64,000 bases of DNA from Setoptus koraiensis (GCA_048013815.1 CM106586.1:11036001-11100000), one strand, 5' to 3'; shown: positions 36,691-47,791, counted from the stretch's first letter. Translations and numbers: made by a program. Notes: a model not told the origin generated them from the sequence alone.

Positions 36691-36730
36691 TCTCTGTATA
36701 TGTCTGTACATGTCTGTATACATCTGTATA
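36691..36730. repeat. 10-bp tandem repeat (TGTCTGTATA-like) x4
   Basis: TCTCTGTATA TGTCTGTACA TGTCTGTATA CATCTGTATA. Confidence 0.85.
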
Positions 36731-36748
36731 TACAGGGATGTGTGTTGA

Positions 36749-36858
36749 CAGTATTTGGCGAGTATTTGGCGAGTATTTGGCGGGTATTTGGCGAGTATTT
36801 GGCGAGTATTTGGCGAGTATTCGGCGAGTATTTGGCGAGTGTTTGGCGAGCATTTGGA
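36749..36858. repeat. 11-bp minisatellite (GAGTATTTGGC) x10
   Basis: Ten contiguous units with single-base variants (GGGTAT, TTCGGC, GTGTTT, GCATTT); no spacers. Confidence 0.97.
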
Positions 36859-37095
36859 GAGGAGTGGCGACAGCCAGAGTAGAAATAGAAGTCGTTTGGG
36901 GGGCCCGCTGTCGAAATTGAATCGAATTCAATCGAATGCGATTGAAGTGAATGAAATGCAAGTTAATCTCGCCGGCCTGCATACACACACACTCGCATAA
37001 AGTGTATTGATGTGTGTATTTGTCATTCGACACACTGAATTTGCTTATGGCAGACTCAGCAATATCACTTGGTGTCATTAACATTGCCAGCCACT

Positions 37096-37170
37096 GCATG
37101 ATACTGGCATGATACTGGCATGATACTGGCATGATACTGGCATGATACTGGCATGATACCGGCATGATAC
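37096..37170. repeat. 11-bp minisatellite (GCATGATACTG) x~6.8
   Basis: Five exact units, one GCATGATACCG variant and one partial unit. Confidence 0.97.
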
Positions 37171-37431
37171 GATCCCGCGAGATAATAGAAAGCTCTTGAG
37201 CCAAGACAATGACCCATTATCACAGTTTCAGCAGTCAGCCAATCTCACAGGTCTCGCCAGTACAAATAGGTGCATAGCGCCCATTAATGCACCAGGTTAG
37301 CGGGTTAGCGAATTGGCTTTAATTTGTATGGGTCAATTGGTGTCATGTGAGTGGCTTGTTGTGCCAGTTGGCACCTTGAGAGCGCCCCGATTGAATGGGA
37401 TAAACTATAATAGATCAACAGCGGCAACATT

Positions 37432-37725
37432 TGATTTGATCTGATTCGTTCTGACTTGATTTGGTCTGATTTAATTTGATTCGATTTGATTTGATGTGAT
37501 GTGATATAATGTGATTTGACTCGGCTCAGCTCGGCCAGATTCGATTTAAATAGAATTGTGCACTGGCGTTCGAATTGGATCCACTGGGCCTCACTGGGGC
37601 CGGCTCAGTCTGGGCAGATAGGCTCGTGAACAACAGAATGGAAAAGAACAGAGCTGGGCCGAGTCAAGCCGAGCTGAGCAGAGCAGAGCAGAAAAGAAGC
37701 GAGAATTGAATTGAATTGAATTAAA
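37432..37725. repeat. Degenerate pentanucleotide tracts (GATTT/GATCT/GATGT; GAGCA/GAGCT; GAATT)
   Basis: Direct reading of 5-bp periodic runs at about 37432-37515 and 37650-37725. Confidence 0.8.
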
Positions 37726-37998
37726 TAGAATGGGGAGAGGGAGAAGTCTCATTACAGGCACGTTCATTTTGGCTTGCAGCAACATTGACATCGGCTTTTG
37801 TGTCAGCGGAGACGATAGATGTGTGAGATATGTTTGATATAACAAACAAATGTTAGCTGCCTTGTTAGGACATGGAACACCAGAGCATGATAACACTTGC
37901 CTGGCGCGCACTTGTTTGCCTAACCGGTGACTGACGGCGCCACTGCCGCTGGCTGCCTCTAATCGAATCTAATCTCCTAAGCGATCTCACTTTTGCAC

Positions 37999-38172
37999 CG
38001 ACAACAACTACGACAACAACTGCGACAACAACTGCGACAACAACTGCGACAACAACTGCGACAACAACGACAACAACGACAACAACCACGACCACGGCAA
38101 CAGCGGCAGCAGCAACAACAACGACAGCAGCAACTACGCCAACGACAACAACAACGACAACAACGACAGCAG
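37999..38172. repeat. 12-bp tandem repeat (CGACAACAACTG) x5 grading into a CAA/CGA/CAG tract
   Basis: Direct reading; the overlapping poly-V and poly-Q/R ORFs are repeat translations. Confidence 0.92.
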
Positions 38173-41100
38173 ATAGCTGCAATGGACTCCTTTCAGCACA
38201 TAATTGGCTTTATCTATATAAATCTGTGCGCGCGTGTATCTCTCTGTATCTCTCACAGTTGGTGTTTGTTTACTTGTGGTGCCCAACGATGTAGCCAGAC
38301 AGTGCCTATCTTGGCCAGTTGTTACGTAACAAAACACACTGTTGTTCCTGTTTTGTAGCTGGCGCGGCCCGTGCTTGCCACGAGCAGCACGGGCAAAACG
38401 GCCAGCACGGACAGCACGAGCAGTACGTGTGGCTGCACGAGCTGCCGGGCGCCTGGTAAGCCGGAGTAGATCATCCGCTGCTGTCATGTGAACTTGTTAT
38501 GGCGGACAGAAGAAGTTGTTCTTGTTTGTTTGTTTCGTTGCAAACAGCAAAAAACAGCGAAGGAGAGGGGCGGACGCTAAGTGCTCGCAACGACAGCCAA
38601 CCAGCGAGCGCCCAGTTAAGTGGACTCACTTCGATAATCCAGCGATTGCGACACTTTTGAGCTTTCGAAGCCAGCCAGCCCGCCCGCTAGCGGGCCCCCA
38701 ACGAGCACTTGACGGCAATTGTAAAATGCTGCCGCTAATAATGACATCTGTGTGTCTGGGGCGCGCGTAATCTTAATTCATTCTCGAGTATTATCATTAG
38801 TGTGTCTGGGCCGAACCGTAGCTTGCATCATTCATTGACTGGCGTGTCATATTGTGCCTATATCTGGGCGGGCTGACACACACACTGCAGACTGTGCGTG
38901 GCGGAGGCCCGTTATTTGTGTGACCGACCTGTCTCCGCGGGGGCCGGCACTCGCTCAAAGTGTCGGCTTGTTGGACCGCTCGCCGGCCTACTCCAATGTG
39001 TGCCGCCGCGCCTCAAAATGTGCGCCCGCCAACCGCCAACAACAATGCCCGACAACACTGCCAGCGACACTGCCGGCGACACTGCCAGCATGACAGCAAC
39101 AACGGGCCCCAAAAACCAACGACAAATGCCGGCCCAACGAGCAAGGTAGCGCCCTCCAACTAATAAGCCAGCGCGCTTACTGGCGGTATAACGCGCGCGC
39201 GCGAATTACACTTGTCGTTGCGACAATTGTGTCGCTGTCACAGACGACGAAACGTTGTGTGTGACAACGACACAATTGTCGAAACGACCAACAACCGCTC
39301 AACCACCGCCAAAAGGGGCCAAAGGGGCCAAAGAGGAAGGGAGAACGGGGGCAGGGGAAGCGCCTCGTTGAGCTATAATTGAGCCGGTGCCAGTGGAAAC
39401 GGTTATTTTTTGCAATGTTTGTTTGCGTTGCGCGGCGCGGCGCGGCTCGGCGACTAGACGCTCGATTGGTTTCCTTCACGGCACTTATTGGGGCGCCAGT
39501 TGAGTCTTTTTGCACTTGCAGCCGCACATGGTGACGCATCAGCAATCATAGAACAGCGCCGGCCCGAATATGATTTGGGCGACGTTGGGGGCACTTGTTT
39601 AAAGCGAGCAGCGCTAGTTTGTATCGTCGCGCCGGCCCCAAAAGGCTGGCCAAGAGAGCCGGCCCGGCCCGGCCCCGCCCGGCGCACCGAAATGTTAAAT
39701 CGAGCAAGTTCATTATCGCCGCATATCGCCGGCCTGCCCGGTACGTGCCGGGCCGGGGTGTGTGGTCGTGCATGCGGCCGAATATATCACTGCATGTCGC
39801 TATGCGGTTTTAGATATCGCTATGCGGCTGGAGATATCGCTATGCGGCTGCATACATCACTGAGCGGCGGCGCATACATATCGCCGCTATATATAGACGG
39901 GCCAGTTGTCGGTTGGGCTCCATTGTTGATTGTGTGCGCTTGATCGATTGGGACCGGCCAGCGCCCGTCTATCCGGTGCCCGTGCGTTGCCGTGTCGGAC
40001 GCACGAGAACCGGCGCCGCGCCGCACCGCGCACACAACGGGCGACCCGCGCCTCAGCCAGATATCATTGTATCGGCGGCGCCGTGCCGGGAGTAAACAAC
40101 CGGTGCACAGTAGCCGCCCTAATTGGTACACTATACTCGTCGTATATATCCGACATAACTATGCGTTATGCCATGCCTCATACCGTGCCCCACACTATGC
40201 CTCACACTGTGCGCGCGTTATACTCTGCGGCCAACGGCAAGCCACTTACCCGATGCCGAGCGGTGCGTGTGGGGCGCGCGGGCGCGGATTAACCGATGAC
40301 TGGCTCGTAATTTATGCCAAATAATTTATGTGTGCAAAGAGCGACAGAGACAGAGAGATGTATGTGTGTGATAATATAATTGCGTAACTCTGGCTTGCCA
40401 CTAGTTACGGCTCGCCACCAGCCACCAGCCACGGCTTGCCACGGGCCACGGCTTGCCACGGGCCAGGGCTTGCCGCTGGCGCGGTGGCGCGTGCCGCCAG
40501 CCGTAACTAGTGACAAGAATTAGACAGCAGCGACTAACTTGGGCCAAATGAAAACAAACACAACTCACACGACAAAAACAACGACACAACAGTAATTGTG
40601 TCTTGCAAGCTCAATTAGTTGCCCATAGATAGCCATCATGCTATCGTTACCTGTGCCGTGTCGCTGATGGCGCTGCTATCGGTGGCCGCCATCGCGGCCG
40701 CTGTCTGGCCGACTGGCCAGCGGGCTCTCGAATTACCTATAGTCTCTATCCATCCATATATGTATGTATATATATTGTACATTGTGTGTCGTCGTCGTCG
40801 TTGCGCCGGCCAGCGGCTCGTGTTTTTATTGTTGCCACTCATAAGTTACCAATACATGGGAGTGGGCGCGACGAACGGGTTGCATGGCGCGCCGGGCCGG
40901 CCTAATGGGGCCAATGCCGAGAGCGACAGTCTGACAGTTTTGGCGCTTTTCGCGCCGCTTTTGCCAGCTCGGCCCGCCAGTCGCGCCGCCAGTCGCGCCG
41001 CCAGAGCGACCCGGTCCGAGCTGGCAGAGACGGCCGGCCAGGGGAGGGGGGAGAATAAACAAATTGCGCAACACACGAGAGTAGTATGACCAACATGACC

Positions 41101-41907
41101 GGTTGTCGCTCTTTTTGTCCACTCGTTGTGCCCGCTGCAATTGTATAGAGCGGCAGCGGCTGCGCCAGTTATAACATATTACATAACAGTAAGTAACTGT
41201 GTTGTTATTATTATTGTGCGAGAAAGATGAGCGGCTGGCGGCCTGCTGGCGAGCGACAAATAGAAATAGAAATAAAATAGAATGGAAGCGAAGGGAATGG
41301 AATATATTCATGTTATTCATGCTGCTGCCGCAGTCTAGCCACCATTTACTGCCAGTTTGGCCCGCTTGCCACCGCATACGAGCTAGCTTGCCATCACGAT
41401 ACGAGCCAGACCGTGCACGAGCCGCACCGTGAACGGGCCAGACGGAGCGCGGCGCGGGAGAGCGGCACAGCGCCAGAGTATTATGACCGGGCCGACCAGG
41501 GCAAGCTGGGTATTATGTAATAACAACAACCGGCTCGGCGGGCCCGCAATACAGGCGCCAGCAGCGCCACCAATTGAATCGGCAGAACAAGTGGACAGAG
41601 GTGAATGAGTGGAATTTAGTTTGTGGCATTCGGCATCGCGAGTTATGTAACGGCAGAGGCGGCGGCAGCGCCAATAGAATTGGCGCTTGTCGATTACTGC
41701 TGCCGACTTACCGCTGCTGCTGCTGCTAGCGCCGCCGTTACATAACTCGGTATGCGGCTTTGCGCTCGCCATGCCCAGTTATGTAACGGGCCGCCAGTTG
41801 CGGCTTTCGCGTAGCTCGCGCTGTCGTTTGATGCAGCAGCACCCTCGGCACCGCTATACTCGGCGCGCATATAAAGCTAGCGTCATAAAACCGTTATGTG
41901 TACCCTT

Positions 41908-41912
<5 letters not shown>

Positions 41913-41994
<82 letters not shown>
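41913..41994. repeat. Perfect (TG)~41 microsatellite
   Basis: Direct reading. Confidence 0.98.
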
Positions 41995-41995
<1 letters not shown>

Positions 41996-42138
41996 TGTTT
42001 GTGTCGAGCGAGCGCGGCCAATATAAACTGGTGTGCGCAACTGGGGCAATGTCGACGCAATTAGATTTAAATTAGAATTGCCAGCGTGCGTGTGTAGCTG
42101 CCACCTGCTTGACTGGTGAAGAGGCCAGTTGGATAGCT

Positions 42139-42191
<53 letters not shown>

Positions 42192-42231
42192 CACACGCGC
42201 ACACACACACACGCGCACACACACGCGCACA
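42139..42231. repeat. (CA)n/(CG) imperfect microsatellite
   Basis: Direct reading. Confidence 0.95.
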
Positions 42232-43179
42232 ACATAAATTCCGATCGAATTGAGTCTACGAGGCGCCTAGTCTAGGCGGCCTACGCTGGGAGCTAAACGA
42301 GAGCCAGCCAGCGGACAGACTTCGCCACAAACTCTGTCACAGATTGTGCTGCTGCTGCTGGCGCTGTTGCTGGCCCCACGAGAATGCTCTTTTGAGCTGG
42401 TGCGCACCCGCGCGCAGCCCCCGGCCCTGGCGTTCGCGCCTCGCCACCTAGGGTCGCCCAGTGCGTCTAGTGCGCCTGGTGCGCATTGGGCCAGTGTGTG
42501 GGGCCCCGTGCGTGTCGGCCCAGTGTGTGTGCGCGCGCGCTGGCCTAGCCTGCGAGTGTTTGTGGCGTTGCCGATAAGCGCCACAAACACAATTTGTGTG
42601 TGTGAGTGTGTGTGTGTGTGTGTGCGTGTGTGCGTGTGTGTGTGACGCAACTGCTGGCAGTCAACTGGCTATAGAATGGCGGCTCGCGAGGGTGTTTGTG
42701 TCGGGCGAGCCAGTGTTGCGCACACACGGCGCACACAAGTTGCAATGAGAAGCTTGCCACTGTCACCGCCGTTGCTTGCCTGGCCAGCCTGAGTGTGTGT
42801 GCTTGTGCGTGTGCCATACTTGCGGGGGATGCTGATATCTTGCCGAGTTGCCTAGTGGCGGTGCCGCTCACTAAACTGGTGCTATATTGAGTATGAATGG
42901 CTCAGGGGGGGGGAGGCAAGCCAACGCGCACACACACACACACTCTGTCTCTGCTGATATCTTGGACACAGCACTATGTACCATGCACAGAGCATCGGGG
43001 GGTGGGGTGGGGGAGGGAACAAAGCTGGCTTCCTCTGTGCGTGTGTGTGCGTGTGTGTGTGCGGCGCTGGCCACAAACACGTACGACACGCACGCACACG
43101 CGCTCCAAGTTGGCCAATGCGACGCACAAACAACCAGCAGCGTATAGCACCCCAGCGCACCACATATAACATAGACATT

Positions 43180-43224
43180 TATATATATATAAATATATAT
43201 ATATTTATATATATAAATATATAT
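43180..43224. repeat. (TA)n imperfect microsatellite
   Basis: Direct reading. Confidence 0.9.
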
Positions 43225-44076
43225 GGTTATACACGGTGTAGTAGCTGCAGCAAGTCGCTAGGTGCAAAATAGTGGCCTTGGTGTGTGCGCGTGTAAATGA
43301 GGATCTTCTTCTGTTCCAATGATCTGACCAATGTCTCATGTCACGGCGATACAACGGCAACTGAAATATGCAATATTACACACACACGCACACGCACACA
43401 CACACACACACGCACACACACATGCAGAATACTCTTTTGGCAGCAGCAGCAGTAAAGGCAAACAAACGAAAGAGGGGAGAGAGAGAGAGCGAGTTCCATC
43501 TATCATTTACACAAACAGACAAATACCGATATATAATCTAGCCTCGGCACTGGAGCTGCTGCACTGGTTAGCCCGATAGTATTTTTAGTAATAGCGACAT
43601 TTAATATTGACAACGTTCGCTAGAATTATATCACTACACAATATTCATTTATCGATACAATAAAACGTTATATGAGCACATTACACGTTATGTACCACGT
43701 TATATAACAAATCAACACACACACACACACACAATTAAATCACGTTAGTAGATACGGTCATGCAACCATCCGCCGAGCACCGCGCTTGAACTGAATCCAT
43801 TTTCCACCACAAATTATCACACACACACACACACAAAATCTCCTCATCCTACCAGATATTTCACCTCAAATCTTGCGTAATACCTTGCCTCAACATACAG
43901 ATATTTAGCAAGCAGCAATATTATTATAGCAATATATTATCGCCAGTGTGTTGGCCCACATCATACAGGCACCCTCTCTCGGCGCCACAAACAACAGTAG
44001 CAGCAGCAGCGGCAAGTGACCAATTGACACAAGTGTCCGAAGTGACCACCAGCTAGAATTTCTTAAAGTAGCTAAC

Positions 44077-46072
44077 ATGAACAGGACACCTATGTCGCAG
44101 TCCTACGTCAACAGCCAGGCTGGCTCGTCGCAAAGTCAGACACAAAATCAGCAACAACCTAGCCAGAGCGTAACATTTGCATCGTCATCATCATCTGCTG
44201 CAGGCAACAACAACAACAACAACAACAACGCAACCACAACAACCAACGACAATCAACAAATAACATTAAACAGCAGACAACAACAACAAACCGTTAGCAC
44301 CAGCAATAATCAGCAACAACAACAGCAGACATCAGCAACATTTCAACAGAATGTGCCGCCCGAATTGACAAATTTGCTACTAGAGTTTGCGTTTAGCGTG
44401 TTTGTTAATAAGCCAATCAATATAGTTGAATATGCAGCTAATTATTTTAACGAATTACTAAACATTCAAAGAGGTACTGCCATTAGCGGCCACGATCACA
44501 CATTGGCTGGCTCATCAACACTGGATAGTAACAATAATAATAGTAATGTTGTTTGTAATGGCGACAACAAACGATCCTCTAATGACAGCCAACGATCTCA
44601 TTCGACGGGCACATTTAACAATTCAAATAACGATAATGATAATGATAATAGTGATGATTGTATGATAAATGATGATGATCAACTTCCACACCATCAGCCA
44701 CCATCTTATCATTTACAACAGCAACAACAAAACAACAACAATAATAATAATATTGGACAGCCGAAATTGTCATTTAATAGAAGAAAATCCGTTTTTGCCG
44801 AACAATATGATCCAGCCGCCGATGATGAAGATGATGAAAATAATCGCGTTGTACATAGTAAAACAGATGAACAGCGTACAAGATTAGCTAAAGCTATCAA
44901 GTCCATATTTATATTTAGATCTGTTGATCCGCAAGATATGACAGACATCCTAGATGCCATGTTTGAAGTTAAAGTATCTAGCGGCGATGTTGTTATTCGT
45001 CAAGGTGATGACGGTGATAATTTTTATGTTGTTGAAAGAGGCAAATTTCAGATATTAGTCACATTGGATGATGGTTCTAGGCAAATAAGAGGCGAATATG
45101 AGGATTCAGGTAGCTTTGGCGAATTAGCATTAATGTACAATCAACCTCGTGCCGCAACAGTTATAGCACTGTCAGACGGATCGTTATGGGCCATGGATAG
45201 GAACACATTTAGGAAGATTGTCACTAAGCGAGCCTTTAAGAAACGCAAAGAGTACGAGGCCCTCTTCGAGAAGGTCACCGTTCTCCAGTGTCTCAACGTA
45301 AGCATCGTGGCTATTTTTATCACATTCTTTACCTGCTCTGTTCATCCCGTTGACCTGACTGCTTGATGACTAACTTATTACATCTCTTCTACCTCTATTG
45401 TTGTCATCTATTGTTACCCATTGTAATATTTAGGGCTACGAGCGCATGAATCTATGCGACGCTCTGGAATCGAAACGTTTCGGCGACGGCCAGCAAATCA
45501 TTCTCCAGGGCGACCAGGCGAACGGCATGTATTTCATTGAGAGTGGGGTACGTTTATACCAAATAAGGCACCATTTTTCGGCAAGAAAACTGCTCATTCT
45601 GTACTGTTGTTAATTTATTTTAATTTTTGCTCTTGTCTGTGTCCCAATTGTCTCGATTAGCGCGTCAAAATTGTCAAAAAAATGGAGGATGGCCGCACCG
45701 TCGACGTGGCCATCTTGGGCAAGGGTGATTACTTCGGCGAGCTCGCTCTTATAAACCACAAACCCAGAGCTGCCTCCGCATGTGCCGGTATGTAGCAACC
45801 AACAACATTGTGATGAGACACTCGCTTATTGAGACTCATTAGGATTCATCATATCTAAAATTATGCATTCTAACCGAGACCTCTTACTACTCCGACTTTC
45901 GTCCCACTCATCTATTTGCACACACGCTTCAGTTGGCGATGATGTCAAGCTGGCTTTCTTGGATGTGAGAGCCTTTGAGAGGCTTCTGGGCCCTTGTATA
46001 GATAGAATGGAAAAAAATTGCGCTCTTTATTTAAATGAGCTAGCTCAAAGGGAAGGACGTGAAAACGTTTAA
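44077..46072 (+). CDS. Pka-R2: cAMP-dependent protein kinase type II regulatory subunit, 4 exons: 44077-45297, 45434-45547, 45661-45787, 45933-46072
   Basis: RII-type D/D domain [32 protein letters not shown] and substrate-type inhibitor site [12 protein letters not shown] contains [17 protein letters not shown]; CNB-B contains [18 protein letters not shown] and [13 protein letters not shown]. The GT-AG introns keep the reading frame (phases 0, 0, 1). Confidence 0.96.
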
Positions 46073-47791
46073 TCGGCAAATTTTCGCATCCCATTCTTTT
46101 TTCTTGGGACTTATAAGCTATCTATGAGCCAGACATCAATCATCACGCACGCAAACAAACAAACAGAAGCTACAACCAAGTCGTTAGTATCGTCCGCGTT
46201 CCTATACACAACCACAAAAACTTAATAACAATTACTTATGATGTTAACCGTCAAATGAGCGAGCAAAAAAAAAAACGAACGAAAAGAAAGTGAGTCTGCT
46301 TGAGATAGACTTGTCAGTATCCGTGTTGAGACACCTATGACAAAGAACGAAAGAGAGAGCACGAAAGTTCGCGGCAACATGACCTAAATGCATGCATTAT
46401 TTGGTACCATAATATCAAGCTAATAATATATTAGTTGTATATATCGTTAGAAGGCATTACGTAACTTATTGAATAATTGTGCACACACAAATACAAAGTG
46501 TGCGTGCGTGTGTGTGTGTGCTTTTGGGTTTTCGCGCTCTCGACATCGAATAAACAATGACATAATAAAACTGATATCAAAGTTATCGAAAATACTAACA
46601 TAATCACCAACAATGTGAATACATAGGCAACAAGAACATGGATATTGAAATATCACCACACAAAAATATATAATAATAATACCACTATTGCGAATAATAA
46701 TAATTATAATACATAATATATATTAAAAGTTGGATTGTGGCAACAGTTGAAGTGATTATAACATTATTGGCATCGGTATTAGTTGTCGATCAATCAATTA
46801 ACCATCGACTAACTTAACCAACCCTTCTTCTAAATGTAAACACCGTAGGAAAAAAGCCCCTGAAAAACCTATGAAGCGTTAGATTCATATGTTACGCAAT
46901 TACAAGCTACGCAGATGGAAAGCTAATGATAGGCTGATGAGTTGAGTGCGGCAACTTTTGAAGCAACTTCTGGTTAGCTAGCTAAAATACATATATACTA
47001 TACTTTGCCCATCTTCTCCTCTGAGGATAGACTGTTGCAAAATCAACGATGATACTTGCCTGATTAGTCTAATGATTAAACAACTGAAATTAATTAAAAA
47101 ATAGTTTATGAGTACAATCATCCTAGAGAATTACACTGGATCAATGACAATAAACTATTTAGACTAGTTAAACATAACTATATATATATATATAAGTGTG
47201 TGTTTAATCTAGAAACAGTGTATTTCAACCTTGAGTACGAGCACCCATCAACACTAGAATGTGCGATAAATGAGACATGTCCAACACTACTGCAACGAAA
47301 TTCTCGAGGTGTTCCATTATTGTCCTTACCCTTTTGATTTTCAAATGCTATCTCTAGATGTTTCAGGGACATTTCGAAGTTTTTTTAGCAATATAGTTAA
47401 CATGGCACAATGCGCTGTTTCGTCATTTTTAGTTCACTGCTAATGAACATTTTGAGGAGGCAAGCAATTGTTGAGAATAAGGAATTTCCGCAGGTTTAAA
47501 TTCTATCTCTAAATTCGAAATACTCCAGACTATGTGGGGTTTATTTGCTAATAGATCATATTGCATAACAATATTGAATCGCAGTTACTAGCTAGTAATT
47601 AAGGTAAAGTGAATTGCAAACGTGCACACTTAGAGTCCCTTCGAAGCTTAAAAATTTTTTTGTTTTTGTAGTACTACCTACTATTTGATGCAATTTCATG
47701 CTAGCTCACACATAACTGTGATTACGAATCATCTATTTGCTCTAATGTTACTTTATATAATATATAGTCCAATGCATTGGCTGATTATTGT

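Noticed and set aside
36749-37170. 11-bp arrays as CRISPR arrays
   Set aside because: Units are contiguous with no unique spacers, too short, in a eukaryotic context with no cas genes.
37826-37840. AGATATGTTTGATAT, identical to the 5' 15 nt of miR-190
   Set aside because: The 3' part diverges and no complementary arm exists on either side to form a precursor hairpin.
31562-43579. Dozens of 60-180-aa ORFs in the GC-rich desert (poly-V, poly-HT, poly-CV, RVFGEYLASIW repeats and similar)
   Set aside because: They are translations of microsatellites and minisatellites or arise from stop-codon scarcity in GC-rich DNA; they overlap in all six frames and show no domain motifs.
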